The notes beneath the pieces are model-generated. The model was given only the letters and a program-made list of their open reading frames with translations. It was not told the origin of the DNA and did not search any database. Position numbers and translations under genes: made by a program. Shown here piece after piece: positions 1-12,295 of a DNA stretch of 64,000 bases (position 1 is the stretch's first letter; every line of letters starts with the position of its first letter). This stretch comes from Eledone cirrhosa (Eukaryota), in NCBI GenBank assembly GCA_964016885.1, contig OZ024743.1, positions 120,900,001 through 120,964,000 of the forward strand, read 5' to 3'.

Positions 1-361
1 GATCGAAGGGTGCCTTTTCCCTTTAATGTTCTAAATAATTCTGCTAAATTAATACGTAATAAATCTATATTTAAAATTAACTAATTTATAAACGTAGAAA
101 TAAATCTTTAAAATTCCAAAATTATCTTTATATAAAATGTAAAAATAGATTCATGTTTCTTAAATTGAACAGTGACCGTCAGATCAACGAAAACGAAATT
201 GCGTGAATCTCAGAGAAATTTACTCAGAAATTTGAAACCAAATGATTGAAATGGGGCAAAAACGGAAATATAAGTTAGCCAAACAGCACCTACGAATAAC
301 TTTAAACTGATCCTCGCTCACTCAATTTCCATGTTTTATGCATATCTGGTTTATTTTACAG

Positions 362-448
362 GAATGAACATTTTCGTCGCCTTTTTCGTCTTGTTGCTAT
401 TGCTGGCAGAATCCACTCCTCGGGCGGCCTCGTCCATTCCTTTAATAG
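362..448 (+). CDS. Cys-loop/nAChR-type subunit exon encoding M2 (4' onward) and the M2-M3 loop, alternative copy A: (G)MNIFVAFFVLLLLLAESTPRAASSIPLI(G)
   Basis: Acceptor ttattttacAG at 360-361 and donor GTGAGT at 449; 87 nt, phase 1-1. The translation aligns with nAChR M2 and the ...AE.xP....PLIG loop, and size and phase match alpha7-type exon 8. It joins in frame to the M3 exon at 58059. From memory, GMNIFVAFF resembles lophotrochozoan anion-selective nAChRs; not searched. Confidence 0.9.
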
Positions 449-488
449 GTGAGTCAATCTCATTTTCCACCACTTATTTATGTTACAG

Positions 489-572
489 GAATGAACATTT
501 TCGTCGCCTTTTTCCTCTTGTTGCTATTGCTGGCCGAGTCAGTCCCTCATGCCGCAACAGTTCCATTGATAG
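489..572 (+). CDS. Duplicated M2/M2-M3-loop exon, alternative copy B: (G)MNIFVAFFLLLLLLAESVPHAATVPLI(G)
   Basis: Acceptor tgttacAG at 487-488 and donor GTGAGT at 573; 84 nt, phase 1-1, open frame. 45 of the first 46 nt are identical to copy A. Confidence 0.87.
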
Positions 573-1415
573 GTGAGTTTTTCTCCATTCTCTACCACTG
601 ATTAGAAAAACGATGTTTGTTTCACCAATGACGTCATCGTTTTCACGATCCCATACCCATAAAACGTTTGACCTTAGTAATGCATTCTTTCGTTAATCTC
701 ACAAGAAAGCACTACTACCGGTCAAACCTCTCACCCAAGAGTGTAATACCCTCTTTGTGCAATGCTTAGGTAATCTAATCATATCTTCATCACTCATGCA
801 CGAGAGCACCATAGGTAACATAAGATTGATATTTAAAAGCATTTCACTTAACTTGGGACGAACGTTTGGATTAAATTTAAAATGTAATGATTTCTGGAAA
901 GAATTAATATTTACACAGCAAATTTACCTACCATCAAATGAAAAACATTTTATCTAAATAGCACATAATAATGCCCGGAAAGCATTGCAAAAATCATCGA
1001 TTGGGTTTTTAAATATTTACATTTAATATATTATACTGTTTCAGTGAAAGTATAAAGATAGTTATGTACAGCACGTCTTAATTATAAGGATCATTATACT
1101 TTCGAATACATAGATTAATATATAAGTTGTGTAGACTGCTAATTTTATTCAGAGCCTTTCAATATCTAGCTAGATGGAAGTATTTATATTTCTATCTTAG
1201 GAATGAAATAGGATGAACATTTACGTTTTACAACACGGTATAAGATATACGTCAATTTCTGTTTAATTAACGAGGAACATAATTATTTCTAACATAATTT
1301 ATAGGAATTTAAACACACCCAGTGATGGGTCGGCTAGAATAAGTATATCTTTCTAAATATCATACAGTTCTAAATCTTGGCAGATAGCAAAATAGATTAA
1401 TTTCACAATAGATGT

Positions 1416-1545
1416 GTTTGGCAGAGACATTAGGGCGTTGGCTATCTGTTCAGGGTCTTTGGGTTCTGAGTTCAAATCATGCAGATGACCACTTTGCTTT
1501 TCATCATTTTCGGTGTCGGTAACGGAAGTAACAACATATTGCTGG
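1416..1545 (+). mobile_element. Diverged tRNA-derived SINE (family 1)
   Basis: TTGGCAGAG...TCTGAGTTCAAATC...ACTTTGCTTTTCATC matches the better copies at 20397, 24215, 30300 and 59960. Confidence 0.6.
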
Positions 1546-2137
1546 TAGACCCTTCTTTTATTCCAGCTATTATTTTACGCTTCACCAAAGGAAGGATAAT
1601 TGAAAGAGAGTCTGTGTCTGAGCGTAACTTCACGGGCAGCTAAATCTCTTAGTCAAAGAATGGTTCATATTATCATGTCATACTCAATTGTGAGTGACGA
1701 AATTATTACTAGATGTGTGCATGTTTTAGCAATCTCAGTGCCATGAAATCGAACTTAATTAAAAACTATAAATTATTTTCTCCGGCTCCTTACTGATATT
1801 CCGGTCCATAGATATATTTACATAATTAATATTAGAAATGTAAACATGCTCAAACCTGAAATTTCAATTTTAATTCAATTGAGTTTGCTGGAGATGACCG
1901 CTAATTCCGCTAATTATGTCAGTAGGTAGATTTTAATAATTTCACGGTTTTATGGTGGAATTATAGTACTAGATCTAAACGTCTGGCAATTTACATCCAT
2001 ACAAAGAAACAGTGGTCTTATATAAGGTATCATGTTAGACAACTAGTTGCGAATTTTGAACTTAAGTAATGAAACATGATTCACTTAATTGAAATTGAAT
2101 GCTATATATATATATATATATATAGCATTCAATTTCA

Positions 2138-2223
<86 letters not shown>

Positions 2224-2297
2224 TTATGTATATATTTATGTATATATTTATCCTTATCGAGCTCTCTTTGGATTTTAGTCTTCAAATTTATTATTAT

Positions 2298-2370
<73 letters not shown>

Positions 2371-3257
2371 TGCATACATACACTTATTGACATATCACTC
2401 ATATTGTGCAAACATAATTATATTTAGAGTAATAAGTGGAGATATTCACTTTATTTTGCTATAGCAATTAATCTAAAGTTCATATGCCTTGCGAGACTTT
2501 CCAGCATTCGGAACGAACTCTGGCTTCGGGAAGCACGAGAAAATCTTCTTCGTTCTTTGTCCATTTCCTGTGTTTTTCCACTTCCTATGTATTCTCATTG
2601 TATATGGAAGAAGACTTCTATTTTTCTCATTTTATTACTTTGTCAGAAACTTCGGTAGGTCTTCTTTAAACAGCATATGAAATTAAGAAAGTTATATAAT
2701 TTCCCAATGAATATAATTCTTGCCGACACAGACTAGTCTCTTTAGACATTATAATTTTGTTTGTACCTATCTATCTATATATCTATCTCACTATCTATTT
2801 ATATCTCTCACAGACTATCTATTTATCTCTCCCATAAAAAAAGAAATAAATAATATCGAAACAGGATTTAATAACTTAATGGAATTTTTAAGAGTAAATA
2901 CAAACATTTATATAGACACAGACTCATAGTCATCCATAAATAATTTCAGGGCTGAGTTGTTCGATTTGTTGCAATAACGGGTAAATAACGCTCAAACAGC
3001 ATTTCCGTTACAGATAGAAATGTATACATTAAACAATGTAGTTCATAATATATAAAAAGATGGGATGTCCACGGCTGGAACGCATTTGAACATAGGTTTT
3101 TCTCAATCAGAGCTGACCTGGGGTGCACAAGAACAATGCACATAAGTGACCATATGTTTGCATACCACATCATTAGACATATGTGACCAAGTATTGATTG
3201 ACGTGTGCTAAGGTTCTCTAAATCTCTGAAACTATCATTATTAAATTTTTTAAATGA

Positions 3258-3361
3258 TAGAGGTTAACTTTGCCTTTCATCCTTACGGGGTCGATAAAAT
3301 AAAGTACCAGTAATGTACTGGATAATTGCTGGCCTTGTGCCTAAAGTAGAAACAATTATTA
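3258..3361 (+). mobile_element. SINE family 1, 5'-truncated
   Basis: GAGGTTAACTTTGCCTTTCATCCTTACGGGGTCGATAAAATAAAGTACCAG...GTAGAAACAATTATT, near-identical to the reverse complement of part of 59960-60147. Confidence 0.85.
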
Positions 3362-4349
3362 AATTTTTAAAATCATGGAAATGAAAATAATCAAACATTT
3401 TGAAGTATTATCTTCCATTTTTCGAATTACGTCGACAGTGAAGAGTATGTAACTTCTCCGACATCTTGATTTTGGGTACACTTAGTAATATATCTATGAG
3501 CATATGGAAGCGAAGGGATAGCTTTATTACATCAGCGGCAACGCATAAGACAAACTTAGAAAACTCTTAATTATTACCTTGAAAGATTTTAGCATTAAAG
3601 TAATATCCACAATCTTAAACATGGTTAATTCCTTGCACGTTATGTTCAGGTTAAATGAAGGTAAATATAAGCCATAGCTTATTTTAACAAAATTCATCAC
3701 CCATATTTAAAAATATCTATTGGGAAATATTACTTTAAGAATGTTAGATCTTTTTTCAATAAATAAACCTATAAAAGCCCTACTACTACAACAAAATAGA
3801 AATAAAGATAAAATTAAATACACCCCTATTTTCCAGATGCTAATAAACAGGAAAAGATACCGAGAAATCATCAGATTAAATATTCTATTTTCATTAAATG
3901 TTAAAACTAAAATAACTAAATATTACTTATGCCTAGTTATATAACATATCCATATCAGGCAGTTAGTGAAAATAATTTAATAGAAATGATTTTTATGCTA
4001 AATTATAGTTGTACAGCAAACTTGAAAAATAATTCTGCATAAACAAAATCACTCACATTTGGAAATTCTAGGCTAGAGTCATCTCCACAAAACGAATCAG
4101 AGATAGTGAAAGGAAAACATTATGTAAATATCGTGGGAATTAAGTATAAGCATCACTATTGCAATTATAATTCTTCCTAAACGTATTTAAACATTGAAAG
4201 GACGTGAAATAAATGCGATAACTACTCGAAATTATTGAAGGATGCGGAACGAAAACCTGTAGATTATGAAACACTGAGAAAAGTGCTGAATTAATGAATG
4301 AAAAAATATGATGTTTTTAAATTCTTGTTTTTAAATATGATGTTTTTAA

Positions 4350-5000
4350 ATTCTCCGGACCTTGTTCACGAGTGATGGACTGCAGGAGGCTGAATTAAGT
4401 AAAAGAATGCGAGAGCTGGTGTAGCAATATGCCAGCTTCAGTATTCAGTAATCAGAAGAAGAGAGGCATGTGTAAAATCCAAACTCGCTATCTTCAATTT
4501 GGTATTCGTGGCAATCCTTACTTATGGTCATGAATCTTGGATAATTACCGAAAGCTTAGGATCGCGAATACAAGCGGCCGAAATGAGGTTCCTCCGAAGA
4601 GCATTTGGAGTAATATTACTTGATAAGTTGAATAACTCGGAAATCAAAGAGTCACTCAAGATAGAGCCGCTATTTTTTCCGAATTGGGATATCACAGCTC
4701 CGATACTATAGCCATGCGATTAGAATCTGTCAGGAAAGAATCGATGGACAGATTTTACGGGCAAAATTAACCGGCAGGAAACCCCGAGCAGACCTTGATC
4801 AAGATGATTGGATAACATCTATGAGCTTGGCTGGTCTCGCTTGGAGATCCAACCGTATTAGTTGGCGATGGTTGCTACTGACAGGACCCAGTGACACTCT
4901 CAGGAATAAGTGGGTGGAGAAGAAGAAGAAGAAGAAGAAGAAGAAGAAGAAGAAGAAGGAGAAGAAGAAGAAGAAGAAGAAGAAGAAGAAGAAGAAGAAG
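4350..5000 (+). mobile_element. RTE-clade LINE 3' fragment followed by an (AAG)n tract
   Basis: ILTYGHESW...RIQAAEMRFLRR...EIKESLKIEPL and TGRKP-R motifs of the RTE ORF2 C-terminus; frameshifted. Confidence 0.85.
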
Positions 5001-6384
5001 AACCAGTATGAAAATATAAATAACTATATCGAATTTATCTTAGTTTACTCAAATGTTTCATAACTGGGCATATATTTTGATCTCGTTAAATATATTTCAG
5101 AGATGGGAGCAACTCTGATATAGTAATATCAGAAACTGTACATATAACTGTAAATATATATATATATGGGATAGATAGATTCAGCGGACTGGCACACAGC
5201 GATTGGCATCTCATTTTCTCATATTTCTCTTTACTCATCTAAACAACTTTTCTCCGACGTTTAAGACGCCCATTATATATATATATATAAAAAAAAATAT
5301 ATATACATGTATCAACTAGAAATTGATTGACATATATATATATATAACATAAACATATGAAACAATCACAGGGAATAATTTGTAAAAGTATGTAAGCACA
5401 CATAGCTATGTATGTAACTAATTAAAGTTTAACTAGAACTTTAAAAATAGATACCTTATAAATGGATTAATCTTCCTTGTATATATTTCATTAAAGAAAT
5501 ATATTTCACCATCAATCGTTTGGTAAACCACAGTAGCCAAATCCAGATTTTCAACAAGGAAGAAGACTTAACTATCTGTGTTTACACAACAAATTCAAAT
5601 CTGCGAATGGCGAGCAGTACGTGTTGCATTTCTCAAAGAAATACACACATCGTGCCAGCTTCACTCCGTGTGCTTGTTTCATATGTTTATTTTAGATATA
5701 TATATATATGTGTAAATGAATTTCTAGTTGATATAAAATGCTCGGATCTATTCATTGGAATTTTGGAGCATATTCTACAGTATATAGGGTGCATGTCTCT
5801 CTGACGTGACACCCTTAATTTAATTTAATTTTGGATATATATATATATATATATATATATTACCCGGTCACCTGCTTATCTCGAACACTTAAACGCCCTG
5901 TTTCCTTATTCCTTCTTCCATATTCTCTCTAGTTATACATTTATGCACACAACCATGTACTGAAGACCATCTGCATTTATCACACCATGGAGATCTCACA
6001 GCTATACCAGTTCGATTATTTGAACTCAATTTAGCATTGCAGAGATCAATTACAACTTTTGTCTGTGTTTAGCAAATACACCCAATACACAGATGCTTTC
6101 AAACCAATAGTTAAACTCCATAGTTGTACTTAATAATTTGCATCCTTTAACCACTGGAGAGAAAGAATTTGAATAAAGACTGATAGAGATATCACCTAAA
6201 CACAATTTCTAACAAAACAGAAGAAAGTCATGCTATTCAATGAACAATCCTATTAGACAACGGGCCTGCTGATGCGATATATTTTACGCTTCTGACAATT
6301 TTATCAGAAGACTATGCTTAATTCATAAACTAAACCGCCGCTCTCCTCCAAAATTTATGTATATACTCGATGAAATATTTACAT

Positions 6385-6511
<127 letters not shown>

Positions 6512-7107
6512 GAGAGAGAGAGATAGATGGGAAAGTTAGTTAGTTAGAGAGATAGCTAGATAGAGTGAGTAATTAATTATTCACAACACGGCATATATTC
6601 GATAATCAAGAATTAAATGTAGATTTTCCAATGATGTTTCAATTATAAGCCTCGAAGCGGAATCTAAACACATTTGCAGCGTATATTACTAGACATGTAT
6701 TAGATTAAAGATTAGTCAAAATACGCTGAGTTGTGAATTATTAATTCTTTAATTACGTTGCCATCGAATGCATACTTATGCAAATTAGACCTGCTCTGTT
6801 AGCTGTGTTTGTACTTGATATAAATAGATACAAACTATTTATCTCTTCTTTGACAGAAACTATTTTATCTCACATTAGAGATTTAAAATAGAGATGGAAC
6901 TTACGAGGACGATTCCAATATTTGTTGACCCTCGGAAAGATATGAAATATGCAATTGGCTCCATTCCTTATGTATGGGTGTATACATATAAATCAAAATG
7001 GCTGCGGTAAAAACCAGTTAAACCATTATTCACCAGACTATTTGATACTTGGTGTAGTAGAACTAGCTGTAGAAAGGGCAAAAGCTCAGCCGTCGGGGTC
7101 CCGACTC

Positions 7108-7152
<45 letters not shown>

Positions 7153-7764
7153 TTTCTGCCCTCTGCAGGAATAATCTCTGGCAAAGACACTAGTTCTAGG
7201 CCTATATGCCCCCACTGGATATGTGCGGATGGGACGGAGTGTTCCTTTGGTCACATAACCCTGGCTGACATTATGTAAGTGGAATTTGAACATATATTAC
7301 AAATACCTGGAAACATACCACAAAGAATCTCCTCCAGTGCTCTAACAATTCCTTCAATACACTGCTTTGCACGAGAACCTTATGTACTTACTCTGGTGGA
7401 ATGAAAAACAAAGCTGACCTCGGTTGGATTTGAACTCAGAGTGTTTAGAGCCAGAATAGACACCACAGGTTACTGAAGTGATTTCATTGAATTTATAAGA
7501 GACAGTTATTAACTTAATTTTTCATTTAATAATTTATGATGTCACATATTTCAGAAATGAACTTGACAAAATAATATGTATTTTATTTACATTTCATTTA
7601 CATTTATTCAACTTTATTCCGTATAATATGTAATTAGATCGTTGTGAAATTAAAATACCGTTTACAATTGTCCAAACAATATAAGGAATAGATTCTTCTT
7701 TTAATTCGAGATCAAACATACATTGAGTTTCTATAACAGGAATATATGTGTGTGCTAGACACAC

Positions 7765-7870
<106 letters not shown>

Positions 7871-9822
7871 GTGTAATTATTAATAACTCATTTGAGATGA
7901 AACATTTATATCCTTATATCTGTTATGCTTAATTGTATGAGTGGTCAGAAAAATAGCCAAACAAATCTGATACCATGTCATGAACATAAAATGAAATATC
8001 TAATTTAATTAAAGATGGTTATATTAAAATATTCTGAAAAATACATTAAGTTGAAGGTTACGTATATAGTGCCAATCACTTGTATGACCTGAATGTTTAA
8101 TATTAATTCTGTCAATATATTTACACACAAAATGACATACTATCACGTGGAATAGGATATTCTGAAATAGTTTGTTACGTCTGATATACTAAAATCAAAC
8201 CCGATGAAGAACGTTCTGTATTATAATAAATAACTGAGCTTATATATCATTACTAAGTAATATATTAAGAACATCCAAGATCTAATATATGGTAATATAT
8301 AGTAATACAGAAAATATAAAGAATTATACAATATATAAAAAGAAAAGGAATAAAATATATTGAAGCTAGTAATAATATTGATGATAGGGATTAATATTGA
8401 TATTCGAGCTCTTCATACGTGTTTACACTCTGGTCACCAGCCTAATAATCACCAATATAAATCACGTGTATTGCTAATCATTTCACTTCACCTTCTAAAC
8501 TACTCTCACAATTTATACCACTAATACCACTACCACACAACACTCTCAACACCACTAACACACCTAAGGAACACTAGCAACGACATAAACCATCACCGCC
8601 ACTGTAACCACCAATTCCAACAGACCACAAGTGACGCCTTTACATAGCCATGATACTAAACTACTGCTGCTATATAAACTACTACAGTTAGAATTAATCA
8701 CATACAAGGCAGTTATAATTTCATATTCTTTCTTTTCTTCAAAATTGTTAAGAAATTAATTATATAATTTTAGATTAATCAATTTCGAAGTCTTGCCTGA
8801 TAATTTAACAACTATACCAAGACTTGAACGACACATATATACGCGTGTAATATTCATTGAAAAATATGCAGAAATATAAATACACTCCACACACTCTCTC
8901 ACTATCTCTCTCTCTCCGAATAGGGGAGGAATCTTTGAAAATAAACCGATAGGTGAGGTACAAGTAGAACTTAGAATACACACAAACATATAAGTTAATT
9001 TATATTAATAAATAAATGTATTAATGTTATGGAAGAGTTAATAGGGCTAATTTAAATCTCTATACTTTTATTATGTAATGATTTAAAACTATGTTCCTAC
9101 TCCTGTTTTTGATGCAGTCTAACATCCAATACTAATTTAATTTCTAAATATTGAAATTCCTTCTGCTGTTCATCTAATCTCAATTAATTCCAAAACTTAT
9201 TCTTTGAGCGAAAGCTGCTTCAATTAATTTAAATCCTAACTGGTTAATATATTTCTTTAAAGATACACAATCGCATTAAGATAAATGGCTACATAGTGTA
9301 ATATTCGTTTTCATGATATTAATACTTTGTAATAAAAGTTTATGTTATTAAATAACAAAATTGTTGTAGTACACATATAACTAAGATCCTAATACTTTTA
9401 TTCAATGTATTTGTTCACATTTATAATATTGATTAGATTATACGGGTGGTTATTGGCTCAATTTGTTTTCAAGTTGTTTCACCCACCCTCCTATTCCTAT
9501 TTTGCCCCTGTTATTGTCGTTTTATCTCATTAAATTATAAAAAAGAGAGTTAAGAAATAATAAGAATTAGTGGATATATATTAAATTTGAAATTATTTTC
9601 TATTAATTCTTCCAACTTTTATTAAACGTTTTTGGATGATAAATGTGTTTCTCTGTTTTAACACTAACACACACACACGCACAAACACACACAGACGCAC
9701 AAACACACACACACACACACACGCCCACACAAACACACATATGCACACAAACACATACACTCAGGCACCTACACATACACGCACACGCACATATATAAGC
9801 ATACATGCATACATACATAAAA

Positions 9823-9892
<70 letters not shown>

Positions 9893-9900
<8 letters not shown>

Positions 9901-10325
9901 GAAAACACAGGTAAGCATTTAAACAAGGATTTTATCCAGGTATTTACGACCGTTTCATTGGTAAGTGTAACCTTATATTGCTATACTGCAAATAACAGCC
10001 ACTTTTTATATATTAAGAACTTTTTACGAGTAACTTATTCATTATTTTGAAAATTTGGAGGTAACAACAATTATTATTGAGTGGCTACTATTTGCAGTAT
10101 AGCAATATAAGGTTGCACTTACCAATGAAACGGTCGTAAATACCTGGATAAAATCCTTTTTTTTATGCTTACCTGTGTTTTCTCTTTTATTCTTTATACT
10201 CCAAGATTGAACGTGATTCTTACAAACTTGTGGAGTTACCCCTAACCGTACGTTGAAACCGTCCATGAAACTGGCTTTCTTAACCACTAACTGGATCACA
10301 ATAAGCAATATTCTGCTTCCCTAAC
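9893..10325 (+). mobile_element. Fold-back element (family D): ~110 bp inverted arms plus ~135 bp 3' tail, with a degenerate hammerhead core
   Basis: Arms at 9893-10002 and 10079-10190; GAAAC-GGTC-GTA at 10127-10138; TTGAAAA at 10047 where CTGAAGA is expected; (TA)n on both sides. Confidence 0.75.
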
Positions 10326-10345
10326 TATATATATATATATATATA

Positions 10346-10503
10346 GGAAAATGTTTAACCACGATGGCAGAGCTTAAGTCGTTTCGACTATTTCCGTCGA
10401 AACGGCTTGAGCTCTGCCGTTGGGGTTAAGGGTCGATAATATAAAGTACAAGTAATGTACTGGTAATTGCTGGCCTTGTGCCAAAAGTAGAAACAATTAT
10501 AAT
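10346..10503 (+). mobile_element. Short family-A-like hairpin fused to the 3' part of SINE family 1
   Basis: TTAACCACGATGGCAGAGCTTAAGTCGTTTCGAC / GTCGAAACGGCTTGAGCTCTGCCGTTGGGGTTAA, then GGGTCGATAA...GTAGAAACAATTAT. Confidence 0.7.
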
Positions 10504-10590
10504 ATTATATGATCAAATCAAATTATTTAGCACTACAAGTGAAGTCATTCTTTTCCTTTTTTTCAAATATATATATATATATATATATAT

Positions 10591-10783
10591 AGGAACGAGT
10601 AGGACCCCGACGGCTGAGCTCAAGCCGTTTCGACGGCTTCTGGTCCAGTCCAGAATTAGCCGTCGAAACGGCTTGAGCCCAGCCGTCGGGGTCCTACTCG
10701 TTCCTATTACTCACTCTACTACCCTAAGTATTGAGTACTTTGGTGCGTTATGGTCCACCTGGTTCCTTACCACATTTCCTTCG

Positions 10784-10786
<3 letters not shown>
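10591..10786 (+). mobile_element. Fold-back element family A (palindrome plus ~80 bp tail)
   Basis: AGGAACGAGTAGGACCCCGACGGCTGAG...CCGTCGGGGTCCTACTCGTTCCT plus tail; near-identical copies at 23743 and 42531; flanked by (TA)n. Confidence 0.88.
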
Positions 10787-10841
<55 letters not shown>

Positions 10842-11139
10842 ACTCGATGTCAGGAGTAAAAGCATTATTCAACTTAGTAGTCCATATTGTGAATTATTAT
10901 GTAGATTTCATTTAATACATCTAAAACTCACGGTCAAACTGAAACCATTCAACCACCGGATTTTGGACACCTAACATCTAATATCCGAAGGTCGGCATAT
11001 CACATTATTATCAACTTCTATCTGACGGTGTCGTGTTGGACTTAGGTAATCTTTGTTAAATGCCTGTGAAATATGCATCACAAATGTTATTTATTAAACT
11101 AAAACACGAACAGATACAACTGTCGCTTCGTATTTACTT

Positions 11140-11187
<48 letters not shown>

Positions 11188-11539
11188 TAAGAAAAACGAT
11201 GAAGTTTCGTTTACATCTGTTTAGGGTTTTTATTGTATATCGGCCTGTTACGTGCGTTTAGGAAATGATTGGCTCAAGGTTACCCATAAAAATTATAAAT
11301 CCAAGGTCATTATCGATCTGCTCTTCAGACTGGCGATTCAAAATTTTTTTTTTTCTTTTTGAATCCTCAATCAGCGGAGCAGTTCGATAATGGAATCGGG
11401 TCCATAACTTCTATGGGTGACGATGAGCCAGTCATTTGCGTAACGCGCGTAACAGGTCGATACCCAACAAAAAAACTAATCACATTTAAACGAAACTTCA
11501 TTGTTTTTGGTAATATATACACTCTGCCTGATCATTGAG

Positions 11540-12295
11540 TGTTCGTTTTTGTACCATCACCAGTAATTCACCGAATCACATACACTATTTACGCCGAAGC
11601 GCACACCTTCCAGCGGATTTTGTCAGAAGCAACGCTTTCCAATTGATCCGGCTGGATCCTCAAGCGAAACCAACCAAGCGCATTGATTTTATCCAACCAT
11701 CTTGCTCGGGGTCTACCCCTGGGTCTCCTGCCAGTTGGTTTTTGCCAGTAAAATCTGTCCATCGATACTTCGCTGATAGATTGTAACCATATGTTTGTAA
11801 TATCGGAGCTATGATCTCTCAATTCGAAATAGCAGTTCAACCTGCCGCAACTTTTGATCCCCGAAATAAGCTCTCTTTCCAGTAACATTATGCCAAAGAC
11901 CATTCTTAGGGACCCATTTCCGCCGGTTGTATACACGATGGCATTATTTCGCTCATTATCCAATATTCATGATCATAGGTAAAGATTGGTACGAATTGCG
12001 AATTGAAGTTTGGTTTTTATACCTACCTCTCTTCTGATGATGATCGAATGCTTAAACTGGAGAATTACTGCACCAGCTCCAGCAATTCCTGGAATTAGTT
12101 CAGCTTCATGCCTTCTATAACTTACGAACAAGGCCTCAAGATGGTTGAACCTTTCTACACACATGTAGAATGTGCAGGCTTCCGTCAGAGGACAGGTGTG
12201 TCAGTCTTCGTAGAACTGATTTTCATTCCTGCCGTGACCTCCTAAATCCGAACGCAACAGCATATTTTGTTGTACCAGAGGTGCATCTGAGAGTG
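11540..12295 (-). mobile_element. RTE-clade LINE 3' fragment (similar to the element at 4350-5000)
   Basis: AGMKISSTKT, VERFNHLEALF and KPTGRRPRGRPRARWLD on the minus strand; many disablements. Confidence 0.8.

Noticed and set aside
364-572. Reading MNIFVAFF.LLLLLAES as duplicated signal peptides starting at ATG
   Set aside because: The acceptor 2 nt upstream, the PLI|G ending and the in-frame M3 exon show it is internal M2 sequence.
2946-3226. Possible minus-strand exon DLENLSTRQSILGHICLMMWYANIWSLMCIVLVHPR (tttcAG...AG|gtcagc)
   Set aside because: No recognisable family, and the neighbouring candidates (3430-3555, 2460-2590) do not join in a compatible phase.
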